The position numbers were made by a program, and so were the translations under genes. A stretch of DNA of 64,000 bases from Octopus sinensis. Its lineage: Eukaryota. This document shows, piece after piece, positions 26,388-38,909 of the stretch (positions are counted from its first letter, which is position 1; the number at the start of each line of letters is the position of its first letter). The stretch covers positions 111,352,001-111,416,000 of the forward strand of contig NC_042997.1 of assembly GCF_006345805.1 (NCBI RefSeq), read 5' to 3'. The notes beneath the pieces were generated by a model that saw nothing but the letters and a program-made list of their open reading frames with translations, did not search any database and was not told where the DNA came from.

Positions 26388-26390
<3 letters not shown>
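26052..26390. mobile_element. Palindromic MITE-like element between TA-rich microsatellites
   Basis: Inverted arms of about 145 bp (26052-26201 and 26245-26390). Confidence 0.8.
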
Positions 26391-26450
<60 letters not shown>

Positions 26451-26630
26451 ATATATATAATATATATATATAATATATATATATATATATACTCCACCGA
26501 GGTCGACTTTGGCTTTCATTCTTTCGGGGTGGATAAATCAATTACCAGTTGCGTACTGGTTTTGATCTAAACGAATGGCCCCTTCCACATAATTTCGGGC
26601 CTTGTGTCTAGAGTAGAAACGATATATATA

Positions 26631-26700
<70 letters not shown>

Positions 26701-26738
26701 AATGTAATATAATATGTAACAATTATTTGGTTGCCATA

Positions 26739-26797
26739 ATAAGACTCCGAGTTTCGGATGTCGGGGCGGAAAACTGCTCCGGCATCTCGTCGGTTAT
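26739..26797 (-). ncRNA. Type-I hammerhead motif with long stem II, in a 220-bp insert inside (TA)n
   Basis: Minus strand ATAA-CCGACGA-GATGCCGGAGCAG-TTTT-CCGCCCCGACATC-C-GAAACTCGGAGTC|TTAT. Confidence 0.75.
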
Positions 26798-26923
26798 CGA
26801 AGCAATAAAAAAATGCTATGAAAGGGAAATTACTATGTAATTGACCGTTATTAAGACAAAAATATATAACTATATGAAAGAATGGAGTTCTTCATAAGAT
26901 AATTCATTCAAATACTCAAATAT

Positions 26924-26989
<66 letters not shown>

Positions 26990-27194
26990 TATATATATAT
27001 ATATATATATAATTGATTAATGGAGACATTACATCATTCGAAAAAATACTTTATATCTTTCTGCTTGTACTTCGCTACCCGCATAATTTATTCCTCTATT
27101 TCTGGTGTGTACTCATTTTACTTTCCGATCTAAGCTGGTGCCTTACCATTTCAATACCTGGTTTACTTTAATCTTGATCTATTATATATATATA

Positions 27195-27492
27195 TTCAGT
27201 CATAAGACTGCGGCCATGCAGGAGCACCGTCTTTAGCCGAACAAATAGAGCCCAGGACTTATTCTTTGTAAGCCTAGTACTTATTATTCTATCGGTCTCT
27301 TTGGCCGAACCGCCGCTAAGTTACGGGGACGTAAACACACCAACTTCGGTTGTCAAGCGATGGTGGGGGGATGAACACACACACACACACACACATATAG
27401 GACGGGCTCTTTCAGTTTCCGTCTACCAAATCCACTCACAAGGCTTTGGTCAGCCTGAGGCTACAGTAGAAGATACTTGCCCAAGGTGCCAC
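27195..27492 (-). mobile_element. SINE family A, 5'-truncated
   Basis: Reverse complement of the consensus. Confidence 0.88.
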
Positions 27493-27501
27493 CTTATACA
27501 T

Positions 27502-27760
27502 ATAAAGGTAAAGACCGACTTCAGTCACAACTGACCATGGGATTGTATCTAGAAAGTTACCTTCCGAGACTCAACTTTGGGCAAGGTTGTTTATGGAAGA
27601 CCAACAGTCACCCATGCACACCAGCCTCCTCTCTCCACACCACTGATATTATCCAAGGGAAAGGCAAAAGCCAATGCAGTTTGGCACCAGTGGTGCTGCA
27701 ATTCACTTCTACAGCTGAGTGGACTGGACCAACGTGAAAGTGTTTTGCTCAAGAAAACAT
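27502..27760 (-). mobile_element. SINE family R fragment (body2 + tail delta)
   Basis: gagtggactggaccaacgtgaaagtgttttgctcaag body joined to a different tail ending in aaaggtaaag. Confidence 0.6.
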
Positions 27761-27763
27761 CAC

Positions 27764-28160
27764 AGGTGCAGGAGTGGCTGTGTGGTAAGTAGCTTGCTTA
27801 GCAACCACATAGTTCCGGGTTCATTTCCACTGTTTGGCACCTTGGGCAAGTGTCTTCTACTATAGCCTCGGGCCAACCGAAGCCTTGTGAGTGGATTTGG
27901 TAGACAGAAACTGAAAGAAGCCCGTCGTATATATGTATGTGTGTGTATATGTTTGTGTGTCTGTGTTTGTCCACCCAACATCGCTTGACAACCGATGCTG
28001 GTGTGTTTACGTCCCCGTAAACTAGCGGTTCGGCAAAAGAGACCGATAGAATAAGTACTAGGTTTACAAAGAATAAGTCCTGAGATCGATCTACTCGACT
28101 AAAGGCGGTGCTCCAGCATGGCCGCAGTCAAATGCCTGAAACAAGTAAAAGAGTAAAGAG
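27764..28160 (+). mobile_element. Full-length SINE family A
   Basis: Near-consensus copy. Confidence 0.92.
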
Positions 28161-29026
28161 TATAGCCTGGTCCAGGAATCGAACTCACTACCTCATGAAC
28201 TGAGTCCGACGCTCTAACCACTGAGCCATGTGCCTTCACTACATACATACATACATACATACATACATACATACATACATGCACACATACATATACACAT
28301 ACATATTGCAAAGTTGAATAATACGTTGGAGGGGAAAGATTACCGTAATCTTTAATTGTTCTTAATCTTCAATTTTTAAACGGCTGACAAACTTGATCTA
28401 TTACATATTGTATTTATTACCTCTTTATTATATATCTATCGCCATCTTAGATCCAATCTATAAGTTGTTGAAATTATCCACTGGAAAGCCTTCGCCGCAT
28501 CCACACGTGAGACTGAAGATATCTTATCCAAGATGGACGACATATGTTTTCCAGAAATTTTCTCTTTTCTTTGATCTTAAATCTTAAATCTATGCACTCA
28601 CAGACATTATGATTATCCGATAAACACACGTTCGTTTCAGTATGTTTCTAAGAGTTATTTATAACTACAAATACTTTTGGGTCATTGACAAAGATATTTA
28701 AGATAAATAATCTGCCTTTGTTCTTCGATTTTCGCCTGCTCAGTCATCTTATTAGTATTTCGAATAATCTGATTGATTTTTAATGGTTATATCGATATTT
28801 CGTTGCAATTGACGTCCATTTGACAAGTGTTGTTCACTTCCTGAAAATTGCTGGTCTTCGTGAAACAAAGAAAATTATTCGAAGTTCGTCACAAAGACCC
28901 AAACCCAGACAATCCGTCTATAATTGCACGTGATTAATTCTGAACTTATTAGCCATTCCTTGCTATTCCTAAGTCATAATGCCATATATCGTTTAATAAC
29001 ATCTGTCTGTCTACCTGCTTGGTTGC

Positions 29027-29071
<45 letters not shown>

Positions 29072-29873
29072 GGTATGTGTATTTTGGGTGTATGTGTGCG
29101 TGTGTGTGTACATACATACATCTGTCCACTTGCCTATCCATCTCTCTCTCTCCCTCTCCCTTTATCTCTCTCTCCCCCCCTCTCTCTCTCTATCTATCTA
29201 TCTGTCTGTATGTGTGTGTGTATATGTGCGTGTGTGTGTGTGTGGGTGTGTGTGTGTGTGTCTACGTACATTTGTCCACTTGCCTATCCATCTCTCTCTC
29301 TCTCCCTTTATCTATCTATCTATCCATTTCTTTGTTCCTTCCACTTTCTCCCTTTCTCTCTCTTTCTCTGTCTCGCTTCTTTGTCTCTCTGCGTTAATAT
29401 CTCTTTATGTATTTAATCGTTATTTGGATGAAATTCGGTGAATGACAAAATGATTTCTGTCTCAAATTTATTCCAGACAACAAAGGCACTTTTCGCCTTG
29501 CTTTTGTTTTCTTTCTTTCTTTTTGTCGTTACTTACCGTAAATAGATTCTTGAACTTCGACCAATTTCTAGACATAACCTTTATCAAAAATGTTACAAAA
29601 CGAATGAATAAGCATTAGAATTTTCTCCGATTCTTCTCCACCCCCGCTTTGCCTGTGAGGAAACCTGTTAATTGCTTTCTAGAACAAAGTATTACTTAAA
29701 TATTACGAAAAAAAAAATGGTTTCTAATTCTGACAGAATGATACCAGTTTTGAAGGGGTGGGGGATTACTCGATACCCTCAATCCCAGAATATGACTGGT
29801 ACTTTATTTAGTACCACTTCAGTGTGCAATCTAACCCTAGCTCTAAATCCTGACGCTGTCACTAACTTTAAAT

Positions 29874-30301
29874 CAGTGGTTCCCCATACTTCTTCGAGCT
29901 GTTACCCCTTTGGCGCCCAGGTCACTTATCTGGCGCCCCCCTCCCACAACACACCAGCACACACATAAACCGTTCAAAAATTTGGACCTGGAGATCTCCA
30001 TTTCCAGCGACTTCCAAGGTCTGGGGTCTCCCGCCCCTAAGCCCTAGACCATCACCTAATCACCCTTACACGTCTTGTTGCTTAACAACAACAACATAGA
30101 CCACTTTCTGAAGCAAATTCAAAACAACTGCATTTTCACAAATAAAACAACCTGATAAACCCATTATTTTGTTGTGTTTTACATTTGTGGCCCACTTTAA
30201 GCCACCCCACTACTGCCTTCACTTGTCTTCAGCCCCCCCCCCCCATCTGCATATTTCCACCGTTCCCAGAGGGGCAATAGCATCCACTTTGGGAACCACT
30301 A
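29874..30301. mobile_element. hAT MITE nested in an older element carrying CCCTAA-like motifs
   Basis: TIRs CAGTGGTTCCC / GGGAACCACTA; degenerate 8-bp TSD CTTTAAAT/CCTTAAAA. Confidence 0.7.
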
Positions 30302-30479
30302 CCTTAAAACCTAACCATATTCCTAGCCCTAATGCGGGCATGTCACAGCGTGGACTAGGGATACTGTGGCAGACCACACACTAAAGTAGCACCCTTTATT
30401 TTATCAACCCCTTCTCCCCGGAAAGAATGAAAGGCAGAGTTGATCAGGGCGGATTTGAGAAAGTAGAAAGCAAACTAAA

Positions 30480-31118
30480 GCGTGACTGTTTAGTTCCCAA
30501 TCAGATGGTTCCAGGTTCAATATCACTACGCGGTACCTTGGGCAAATGATTATTGCTATAGCCTTAGGCCGACCAATGCCATGTGAGTAAATGAATTTGG
30601 CAGACGGAAACTGAAAGAAGCCCGTCTTATACATACATACTACATACATACATACATACATACATACATACATACATACATACATACATACATGTATGCA
30701 TGCATGCATAAGGAGCACTCCTTCGGTTATGACGACGAGAATCCCAACTGATAAAATCAACGGAACAACTTGCTCGTGATATTAACGTGCAATTGATGGA
30801 GCAATCCACAGACATGTGTACCCTTAATGTAGTTGTCAGGGAGGTTCTGTGTGACACAGAGTGTGACAAGGCTGGCCCTTTTTTGAAATACAGGTACAAC
30901 TCATTTTTGCCAACTGAGTGGACTGGAGCAACGTGAAATAAAGTGTCTTGCTCAAGGACACAACGCGTCACCGGGAATTGAACTCACGACCTTACATGCA
31001 TAATACATGTGTGTATGTATCTGTGTTTGTCTCCTACCACCGCTTGACAACCGATGTTGGTTTGTTTATGTCTCCGTGACATAGCGGTTCAGCCATAAGA
31101 CACTGATAGAATAAGTAG
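30480..31118 (+). mobile_element. SINE family A interrupted by (TACA)n and a minus-strand family R SINE (30710-30995, body2 + tail alpha)
   Basis: A head 30480-30625 and A tail 31005-31118 flank the insert. Confidence 0.8.
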
Positions 31119-31430
31119 TTTTTTAATCTTCAGAGACATTTAACTTTCACTCGTAACATTAGTGGATTATTAACGGCGTTACTTTCGTCGGATAATCACA
31201 CACATCAGTTGCTAATCTGATGGCAACGTTGTCGCTTATCAACACAATTTGACTTTATAATCTGATGATAGGACTAATAGCTGTTCTTTGTTAACGGAAC
31301 CTACGTAAGATAATGTTACTAAATATTTTATAAACAATCTCTTGTGTTTTGTTCTATGTATGTATGTGTGTATACACACACACACACACACACACACACC
31401 ACACACACACACACCACACACACACACACA

Positions 31431-31461
<31 letters not shown>

Positions 31462-32178
31462 TACACACCCTATATTTTCATCGGAACTTCAATATACGAG
31501 GTTGAGTCAAAAAGTAATGCCATTTTGTTTAGGACAGGTATAATTACCAACACAGGAACATGTATCATACATCAAAATGAAGCTGGTCCTCTCTGGATCA
31601 CATCCCTACTCAGCCATTTGCATGTTAATATCACGAGCAGGCTGTTCCGTCGAACGGATCAACTGCTACCCTCATCATCATAACCGACGAAGTGCCATTT
31701 TATATACATATATACATACACACATCACAATATTACCTGTAATCTATTGTGAACACACACACACACCGTTGGCAACACTCCTTGATCCTTTTATTGATTT
31801 CGTTTCACTTTCATCTTTTCTACAATTCGTTTCTTCTATTTGATAAAATAATTTTTTGTCTCACATCCACTGGACCCTATTTTATTTATACAAGAACCCG
31901 TCAATATTCTGCATAAATTATTAATATTTAATGGATGAAAAATACGATGGAACTTTGGGAGTTTTGCGCTCACCAGTATTGGAGAAGTGGAGTAAATATT
32001 GTAAGGAATCGATACAGTTACTTTGTCTTACAACTCTCACCTTGACGACCATTGTATCTCCAATACATTTGACATTCATCTGAATCAACATTATGTCTGT
32101 TAGTTCTATATTTAAGAGATGAGGGATTATGTACATTATTTACATTTGACGATATTCGTCCTCATCTTGTTTGTTATT

Positions 32179-32224
32179 AACACAACATTTCGGCTGATAT
32201 ACCCCCTAGCCTTCATCAGGTGTC
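32179..32224 (-). ncRNA. Minimal hammerhead in the Penelope inverted pLTR
   Basis: Minus strand GACAC-CTGATGA-A-GGCT-loop-AGCC-GAAATGTT|GTGTT; stems I and II pair; C15.2>T. Confidence 0.8.
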
Positions 32225-33130
32225 TTGGCTGCGCTATGTTGATGACACCTTTATACTCTGGCCCCACCAGGAAGATGTCCAAGTGCTGATAGATCATGTG
32301 AACTCAATAAAGCCATCCGTACAGTTCACAATGGAAAAGAAAAAAGACAATCAGCTAGCATTCCTGGGTGTATTAATAACACGCACCAAGTATGGATTCA
32401 AGACATCCGTATACCGCAAGCCGACCTTCACTGGACGATACCTCAACTTCAGTTCCCACCATCCACACAGTATAAAGAGAGGGATTGTTCAGTGCCTAAA
32501 ACATCGAGCAAAGAATATAAGTAGCGATCGTGATACACACCATCTATTAAGCAACAATTACCCCAAAAGCATACTCTCCACTCCAGTTATGAAGAAAAGA
32601 GAGGATGAAACCACTAAATTATCCATTGTCTGTCTACCCTATGTGAAAGGCCTCCCCGGAAAGATACAAAAGATATGTGGCCCATATGACATCAGATCAG
32701 TATTCAGGACTTCGCAAATATCTCCTTCAGGTAAAACCACCAATAGTAGGGAATATGGCCAAAAACTGCGTGTACTCCATCCCATGCAACTGTGGTAGGT
32801 TATACAAAGGCGAAACATGCTGCCCCGTCAAAATAAGGGTAGAGGAACATTGCAAAGCTGTGACACGGAGAGATATTGATAAATCGGGTATAGCTGATCA
32901 TGTATGGAAAAATGGAGACCACCTTCCCCTGTGGGATGAAGTTAAAATAATAGACAGAGAACACCACTGGAAAATACGAAAACTAAATGAAGCAGCACAT
33001 ATATTAGGACACAAGAACCTCCTAAGCAGACCGAGTGCAGATATGGGTAGCATATGGGAACTGGTATTAAGGAAGGATAGGAAAATATTAGATTTATAAG
33101 TCCTAAAAATTCACTCAATTATTGCCCACG

Positions 33131-33200
33131 GGCTTATGGCGTAGTGGTTAACAGCGTGGGCTACTAAACCTAAGATTCCGAGTTAGATTCCAAGCAGTGA
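33131..33200 (+). promoter_or_regulatory. tRNA-like internal Pol III promoter in the Penelope 3' region
   Basis: A-box TGGCGTAGTGG (33137-33147) and B-box-like GAGTTAGATTCC (33180-33191) at tRNA spacing. Confidence 0.65.
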
Positions 33201-33339
33201 CCTGAATAATAATAATGATAATAACATCGAAAGATACCTTAGGAATTAGAACTCAGGTTCGAAATTTCCCCAAGACACCTGATGAGGACAAATATCCGTC
33301 AAATGTAAATAATGTATTATGCCTGTCTACTACCATATA

Positions 33340-34616
33340 TTGGGTTGGCAACTAAGTTCCCGCCGTTTTTTTAAATTTAAATCTTTTAAAAAGTTTAATG
33401 AAAAATAACAACTAATTAATCAATAATGTATTCACCCTTGTTGTTTTGCAATTTCTTTCCAATGTTCAACAAGATTTTCAATACCTCGTTGGTAGAAATC
33501 ACCCGATTTCGACTCGAAAAATTGATCCAACCAAGCTCTCAATTCTGCATCAGTATTGAACGAAACTCCGTACATAGCATTTGAAAGAGATCGAAAGAAG
33601 TGGAAATCCGTTGGTACCAAATCAGGAGAGTACGGCGGGTGTGGCATCACTTCCCAGCCATGCGTTTTGAATGGCTTCCTTGGTCATATTGGCGATATGA
33701 GGGTGGGCGTAATTGTGCAGCAGAAGAGCTCCATGCTGCCGATTAGGTCTTTTCTCTTGAATAGCCGTGTCGAATCTTCCATCTGTTGAACATAGAGTTC
33801 CGCATTGACCGTTTGGTTCCGTTCAAGTAATTCGTAATGGATAATCCCTTCCCAGTCCCACCATACGCACAACATCGTTTTACGCGGATGAATATCTTGT
33901 TTCACGCGCGCTGTCGCTTGTTTACCGGGGCCAAGCCATTCCTTACGCTGCTTCATATTGATGTACAGGCACCATTTTTCGTTGCCAGTAACGATTCAGT
34001 AAAGAAATCGTTGCTTGTGTCCATGAGTTGAGCGGTGACGAGCAAGCAAACCAGTGGAGACGGTGGCTCGTTGATTTTTGTTGTTATCACTTAAAGCATG
34101 CGGAACCTATGCTCCACACTTCTGAACCTTTCCCATCGAGTGAAGATGCTTCTCTTTAGCAGTGTGGGAGCATTCCATTTTCTCTGCCAGTTCCCTTGTT
34201 GTTTGACGAGAATTTTCGTGCAAAAGTTGATTTAATCGCTCTTCATCGAACTCAACTGGACAGTCAGAACGAGGTGCGCTTTTGAGGTCAAAATTTTCAT
34301 TTTCGAACTTGGTATACCAATCACGAGCGGTTCTTTCAGCTATGGCACCCTCTCCATACACAGCACAAATGTCGCAAGCAGCTTTTGCGGCCTTAGAAGC
34401 TTGATTAAAAGCAAAAAGGAGGTGTCGAAAATGCTCGTTTTTCTTAACTTGACATTCCATTTTAATGATCTGAAAATAAACAAAAATTAAGTAAAATTAA
34501 CAAGAAAAAAAAAAAGATTCTAAAACGATTCAAAAATAGAATTCTTGAAAAAAAGATTCCAAAATTTAAAAACTCAATAAATTTTTTAAAAAACGGCGGG
34601 AACTTAGTTGCCAACC

Positions 34617-34619
<3 letters not shown>
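33340..34619 (-). mobile_element. Full-length (about 1.28 kb) decayed mariner (DD34D) transposon
   Basis: TIR of about 30 bp TTGGGTTGGCAACTAAGTTCCCGCCGTTTT at both ends with TA flanks; HTH N-terminus, (W)VPHAL, MLCVWWDWEG, HPPYSPDLVPTD; stops and frameshifts. Confidence 0.96.
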
Positions 34620-34650
<31 letters not shown>

Positions 34651-34653
<3 letters not shown>

Positions 34654-34814
34654 CGCATGAGTGGCTGTGTGGTAGCTTGCTAACCAACCACATGGTTCCG
34701 GGTTCAGTCCCACTGCGTGGCATCTTGGGCAAGTGTCTTCTACTATAGCCCCGGGCCGACCAATGCCTTGTGTGTGGATTTGGTAGACGGAAACTGAAAG
34801 ACGCCTGTCGTATG

Positions 34815-34845
<31 letters not shown>

Positions 34846-35050
34846 ATGTGTTTGTGTTTGTCCCCCTAGCATTGCTTGACAACCGATGCTAGTGTGTTTA
34901 CGTCCCCGTCACTTAGCGGTTCGGCAAAAGAGACCGATAGAATAAGTAGTGGGCTTACAAAGAATAAATCCCGGGGTCGATTTGCTCGACTAAAGGCGGT
35001 GCTCCAGCATGGCCGCAGTCAAATGACTGAAACAAGTAAAAGAGTAAAAG
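34651..35050 (+). mobile_element. Full-length SINE family A
   Basis: Near-consensus copy flanked by (TA)n. Confidence 0.92.
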
Positions 35051-35054
35051 ATAT

Positions 35055-35099
<45 letters not shown>

Positions 35100-36746
35100 C
35101 TTGCGTCGTTGATTGACAGTATTGCAGAGACTTTATTCCTTACGTCCGCTTTGTTCACTTAACTTGTTCGCGAAGAACACCTTTCGAGGCTGATAAGTCC
35201 TATGTACACTCGAAATGGTTTTTAATCAATAAAAGCTAATTAAGATACCGCATTCAACATGCCAAGACAGTTACATAAGTGCACGACAGTAGTAGACTCG
35301 TCTGCCTGTTGTACTGCAGGTATTGGAAGTTCTTAAAAATCTTTAGAGCGCTTAAATGTTTTTTGTAGCTCCACATGTATGTAATTCAAATTATAACGAA
35401 TAATAAACCATAAAATAAATTTTATATTTTTCAAAATAAACCAAAACTAACATTAAGATGGAAAATAACGCTTATTTTTGTAATACTTCCATTTTATTTA
35501 TATTTGAAAAGTTTTCTCTGACTTTTTTGAAGTGCGAAAGTTTTGATCAGATTCTCCAAATTGATCTTACTTAACGCATCTTGTTCCATAAATAATAGAG
35601 ATAAGGCATCCTGAATGTTATTTTAGCAAGTTTAAAGCGATTTGTTTTGTGCCGGACACCATTTACTATTTCTGTGGTGCTCCACTTCTCTTGATGCCCT
35701 AAACACATGCTTATTTTGTTCAATGAATTACCCAGCGTTGTTTGGTCCAATGAAGCAGACCAATAACCAAAGATATTCCACCGTTGACCAACCCGTCTAT
35801 TTCGATTTCGAATATGTTTATCTTTTAAAGATGGTAGAGTCTGGTTTAAAGCAGGGTCGTCTTTGTACCATTACAGGCCCCGACCCCTGGCCAAATCAAT
35901 ACTCCCCCCCCCCAGTACTATGTATTGACGGCAAGCCACAGCATTTTTAGATTAGAATTGGGCACTTAGATCCGTGAGACTCTCGTGCAGTGTGTTCATG
36001 CCCGAAAACAGTTCTAGTTCAAGGCAGATTTGGCGCCTATTTCTTGCACGTCTGATTTAAGGGAGATTTGGCACATATTTCATGCATGCCGAACGAATGC
36101 TTGCATTCGAATGGACTCTTCTAAAACTACCCATGATTCCATGCGGTGCTGGTATTAAACTACGCGACGGATTATGGCGATTTTCCCGCTAAAATTTGAG
36201 ATGCTTTAAAAAAGTGATTTCCTTATGCTATCGAGTCTTTTTACCTGGAGACATTTCCAGAAACTTCTCAGGTAAGAAAAAATTGTATTTAATTCTAAAA
36301 CAAAGCTAGTTTAATATTAATCCCCTTTCGTGTACGCTCAAACTGAATGAACATACAATGTTAGAGTTGGAAATAATCTTGAAAACATTTTTAATAATCT
36401 TTTTTAGTGAATTGGTAGTCACCAATGTTCTGGTTTTAATTGTAATACTTTCTGTGTTGTAACGGAGCTGGTTGTTGCGTGTTCGAATGTAGCAATGTCC
36501 CAATATAACGTGGAAGTAAGTGTATACAGAAATAAATGTCAGAAGGCACGTTTTGTTTTTAAAGCATAGTAATTTATTTGGGATTGTTGACAAGTGCGGA
36601 GTAAAGTGAGCGTAGAATATGTAGGAGTCCGAGGGAAGCCATGAAAACTTACAATTGCAGAATTAGGTTAGAAGTTTGCAGTGCTAAGGATGTAAGTAAA
36701 GGGTACAGGCAGTAACCGGCGGATACGATGGCCGCTGTGAATTGTC

Positions 36747-37163
36747 TATTTCTTTACTACCCACAAGGGGCCGAACACAGAGAGGACAAACAAGGACAGA
36801 CAAACGGATTAAGTCGATTACATCGACTCCAGTGCGTAACTGGTACTTAATTTATCGACCCCGAAAGGATGAAAGACAAAGTCGACCTCGGCGGAATTTG
36901 AACTCAGAACGTAGCGGCAGACGAAATACCTATTTCTTTACTACCCACAAGGGGCTAAACACAGTGAGGACAATAAAGGACAGACAAACGGATTAGGTCG
37001 ATTACATCGATCCCAGAGCATAACTGGTACTTATTTAATCGACCCCGAAGGAATGAAAGGCAAAGTCGACCTCGGCGGAATTTGAACTCAGAACGTAACG
37101 GCAGACGAAATACGGCTACGTATTTCGCCCGGCATGCTAACGTTTCTGCCAGCTCGCCGCCTT
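36747..37163 (-). mobile_element. SINE family B with tandemly duplicated 3' part and 16-bp TSD
   Basis: TSD GCCGCTGTGA(A/T)..GTC at 36731-36746 and 37164-37179; block of about 184 bp repeated. Confidence 0.9.
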
Positions 37164-37647
37164 GCCGCTGTGAAATGTCAAGATCTGTCCGCTGACGGTT
37201 CGATGGCGAGTTGTGCATCTATGCGCCAGGCGATACGATTGGCTGCACACTGGCCACAATGCAAAGATGAAAGTCCATTACACTTTCTATTTGGAATTTT
37301 TTTCTGAATTTTTTTTTTCAATTAAATTTACGTGTTAAACGTCTGACATTATTTTTTAAAAAATGCATAATATTTTAAAACATAAATCTGAAAAACAGGT
37401 CGAAACTTAAGAATTACAGGAAGGAGATAAATTCCTGCGAATTTTTAAAATTCAGAATCGTAATTTACGATGCTTTAAGACCTGTAAATTCGAAGAAATT
37501 ACAGTTTTTAATTCGCCGGATATTTTCTTCTCTATGGGACTGTCCAATGAAGATTTAACGTCTTCCAACGTAATGTTTGTAGAACTGTTATTTTTTTCTC
37601 TATTTAATCTCTGTTCATAATCAAATGAAAAATTATCCCTGTACTTA

Positions 37648-38572
37648 TAGGGGTAGGGCAAAATGAGGTGTTTCTACTGCATTTTTAACTTTTGAGACAA
37701 AATGTAATTTTTACAAATGTTAACTCCTTTCCAAAAACTATATCAGCTATGCAAATGGCCTTCTCTGAATGCATTAAAAGCATTATCTGATCACTGTTTT
37801 AGAAAATAACTGCCGTTCTCTTTGAGAATGTAAATAACAAATTTGGCTGGGGCAAAATGAGTAAGTCAAGATAAGGTATATTTGCCGCTTCACTTCTCCA
37901 GAGACTCGTACACATTAATATCCATCCTTAGACATCAGAAAGATTAGAAGTGCTAAAAAAAAATTAAAAATCTAGGTTTAATGGAAGAGGATGAGGGGGG
38001 AAAATGGCACATGATATAAAATCAGCGAAACTCCACTAAATAAAAACAAAAACAAAAAAAAAACTCAACATAAAATATTTTTCGGTAGCTTCTTCACGAT
38101 CTGCTGGAGTGTTTTCTTCGTGATATATTTACTTACCATGCGTTAAAGAGAAGAAATTATTGAAATTAATCATTATTTTATTCCATTTTAGACACCATTT
38201 TTTGAAGCTTGAAAATAATCAATTAGACATAAGTGTGGGGGAAAAAACTAACTTGGAATCCAACAGAGAAAAAAAATTGATTGTTAAACACCAAAAATTA
38301 TCCGGATATTTTATTAGTTATCTCAATTACAATCGGGTGAAAAAGCTGAGGGAAGATTTCTTGAAGAAAGAGGACCTCATTATATTTTGGACTCCCTCAG
38401 CTTCAACAACAACAACGATGCCGACCAATTTTTACTCCTAAATATAATATAACGATGCAAAATGATGACGCAATACATGCACTGTAATAATTTCAAACAG
38501 GTAAGGAGAAAATAACGAGAAATCAGAAATTACTTTTTTGACCCCAGTTACTAATTTTGCCCCAACCCACTA
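37648..38572. mobile_element. Possible old non-autonomous DNA transposon
   Basis: Short degenerate TIRs GGGTAGGGCAAAAT / ATTTTGCCCCAACCC. Confidence 0.35.
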
Positions 38573-38909
38573 TCTCAGGCTGGAGTTGAACTCGCGAATA
38601 TATTCTTATAAACCTCCTGTATATATTTTCTCCATTTCACTTATTTTGTTTTCCTTTCGCTACGTAACTTTGTGTCAAAGAGCTTTCGTGACCCAATAAC
38701 GAAGACCAAAGGTTAAAAAAAATCTAAGTTTCTGTAAACAATTCTCTGTAAACCTTTAATGTAACACCTCCAACGTGACGGTGTTACGCTAAAAAAAATA
38801 CATCAACTCCTCAGAGGTTTGCATGAAGACGTCTAAAAAATTGGAGAAGTTACTGTTACTAGTCTACGAAGTCCTGCAAAGGTCTTGAGCATCGGTAACC
38901 CTCCCTTGG

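Larger units (their letters stand above)
32131..33316 (+). mobile_element. 5'-truncated Penelope-like retroelement (RT C-terminal half + GIY-YIG endonuclease) with inverted pseudo-LTR
   Basis: WLRYVDDTFILW, FTMEK, VYRKPTFTGRYLNFSSHHP; CVYSIPCNCGRLYKGET..RVEEH; 32131-32228 is the reverse complement of the 3' end 33270-33316; frameshifted. Confidence 0.93.

Noticed and set aside
28510-28555. CTGAAGA-TATCTT..AAGATG-GACGACATATGTT; similar weak motifs near 8120-8165, 12660-12690 and 35190-35220
   Set aside because: Core boxes broken; may be eroded hammerheads but cannot be supported by eye
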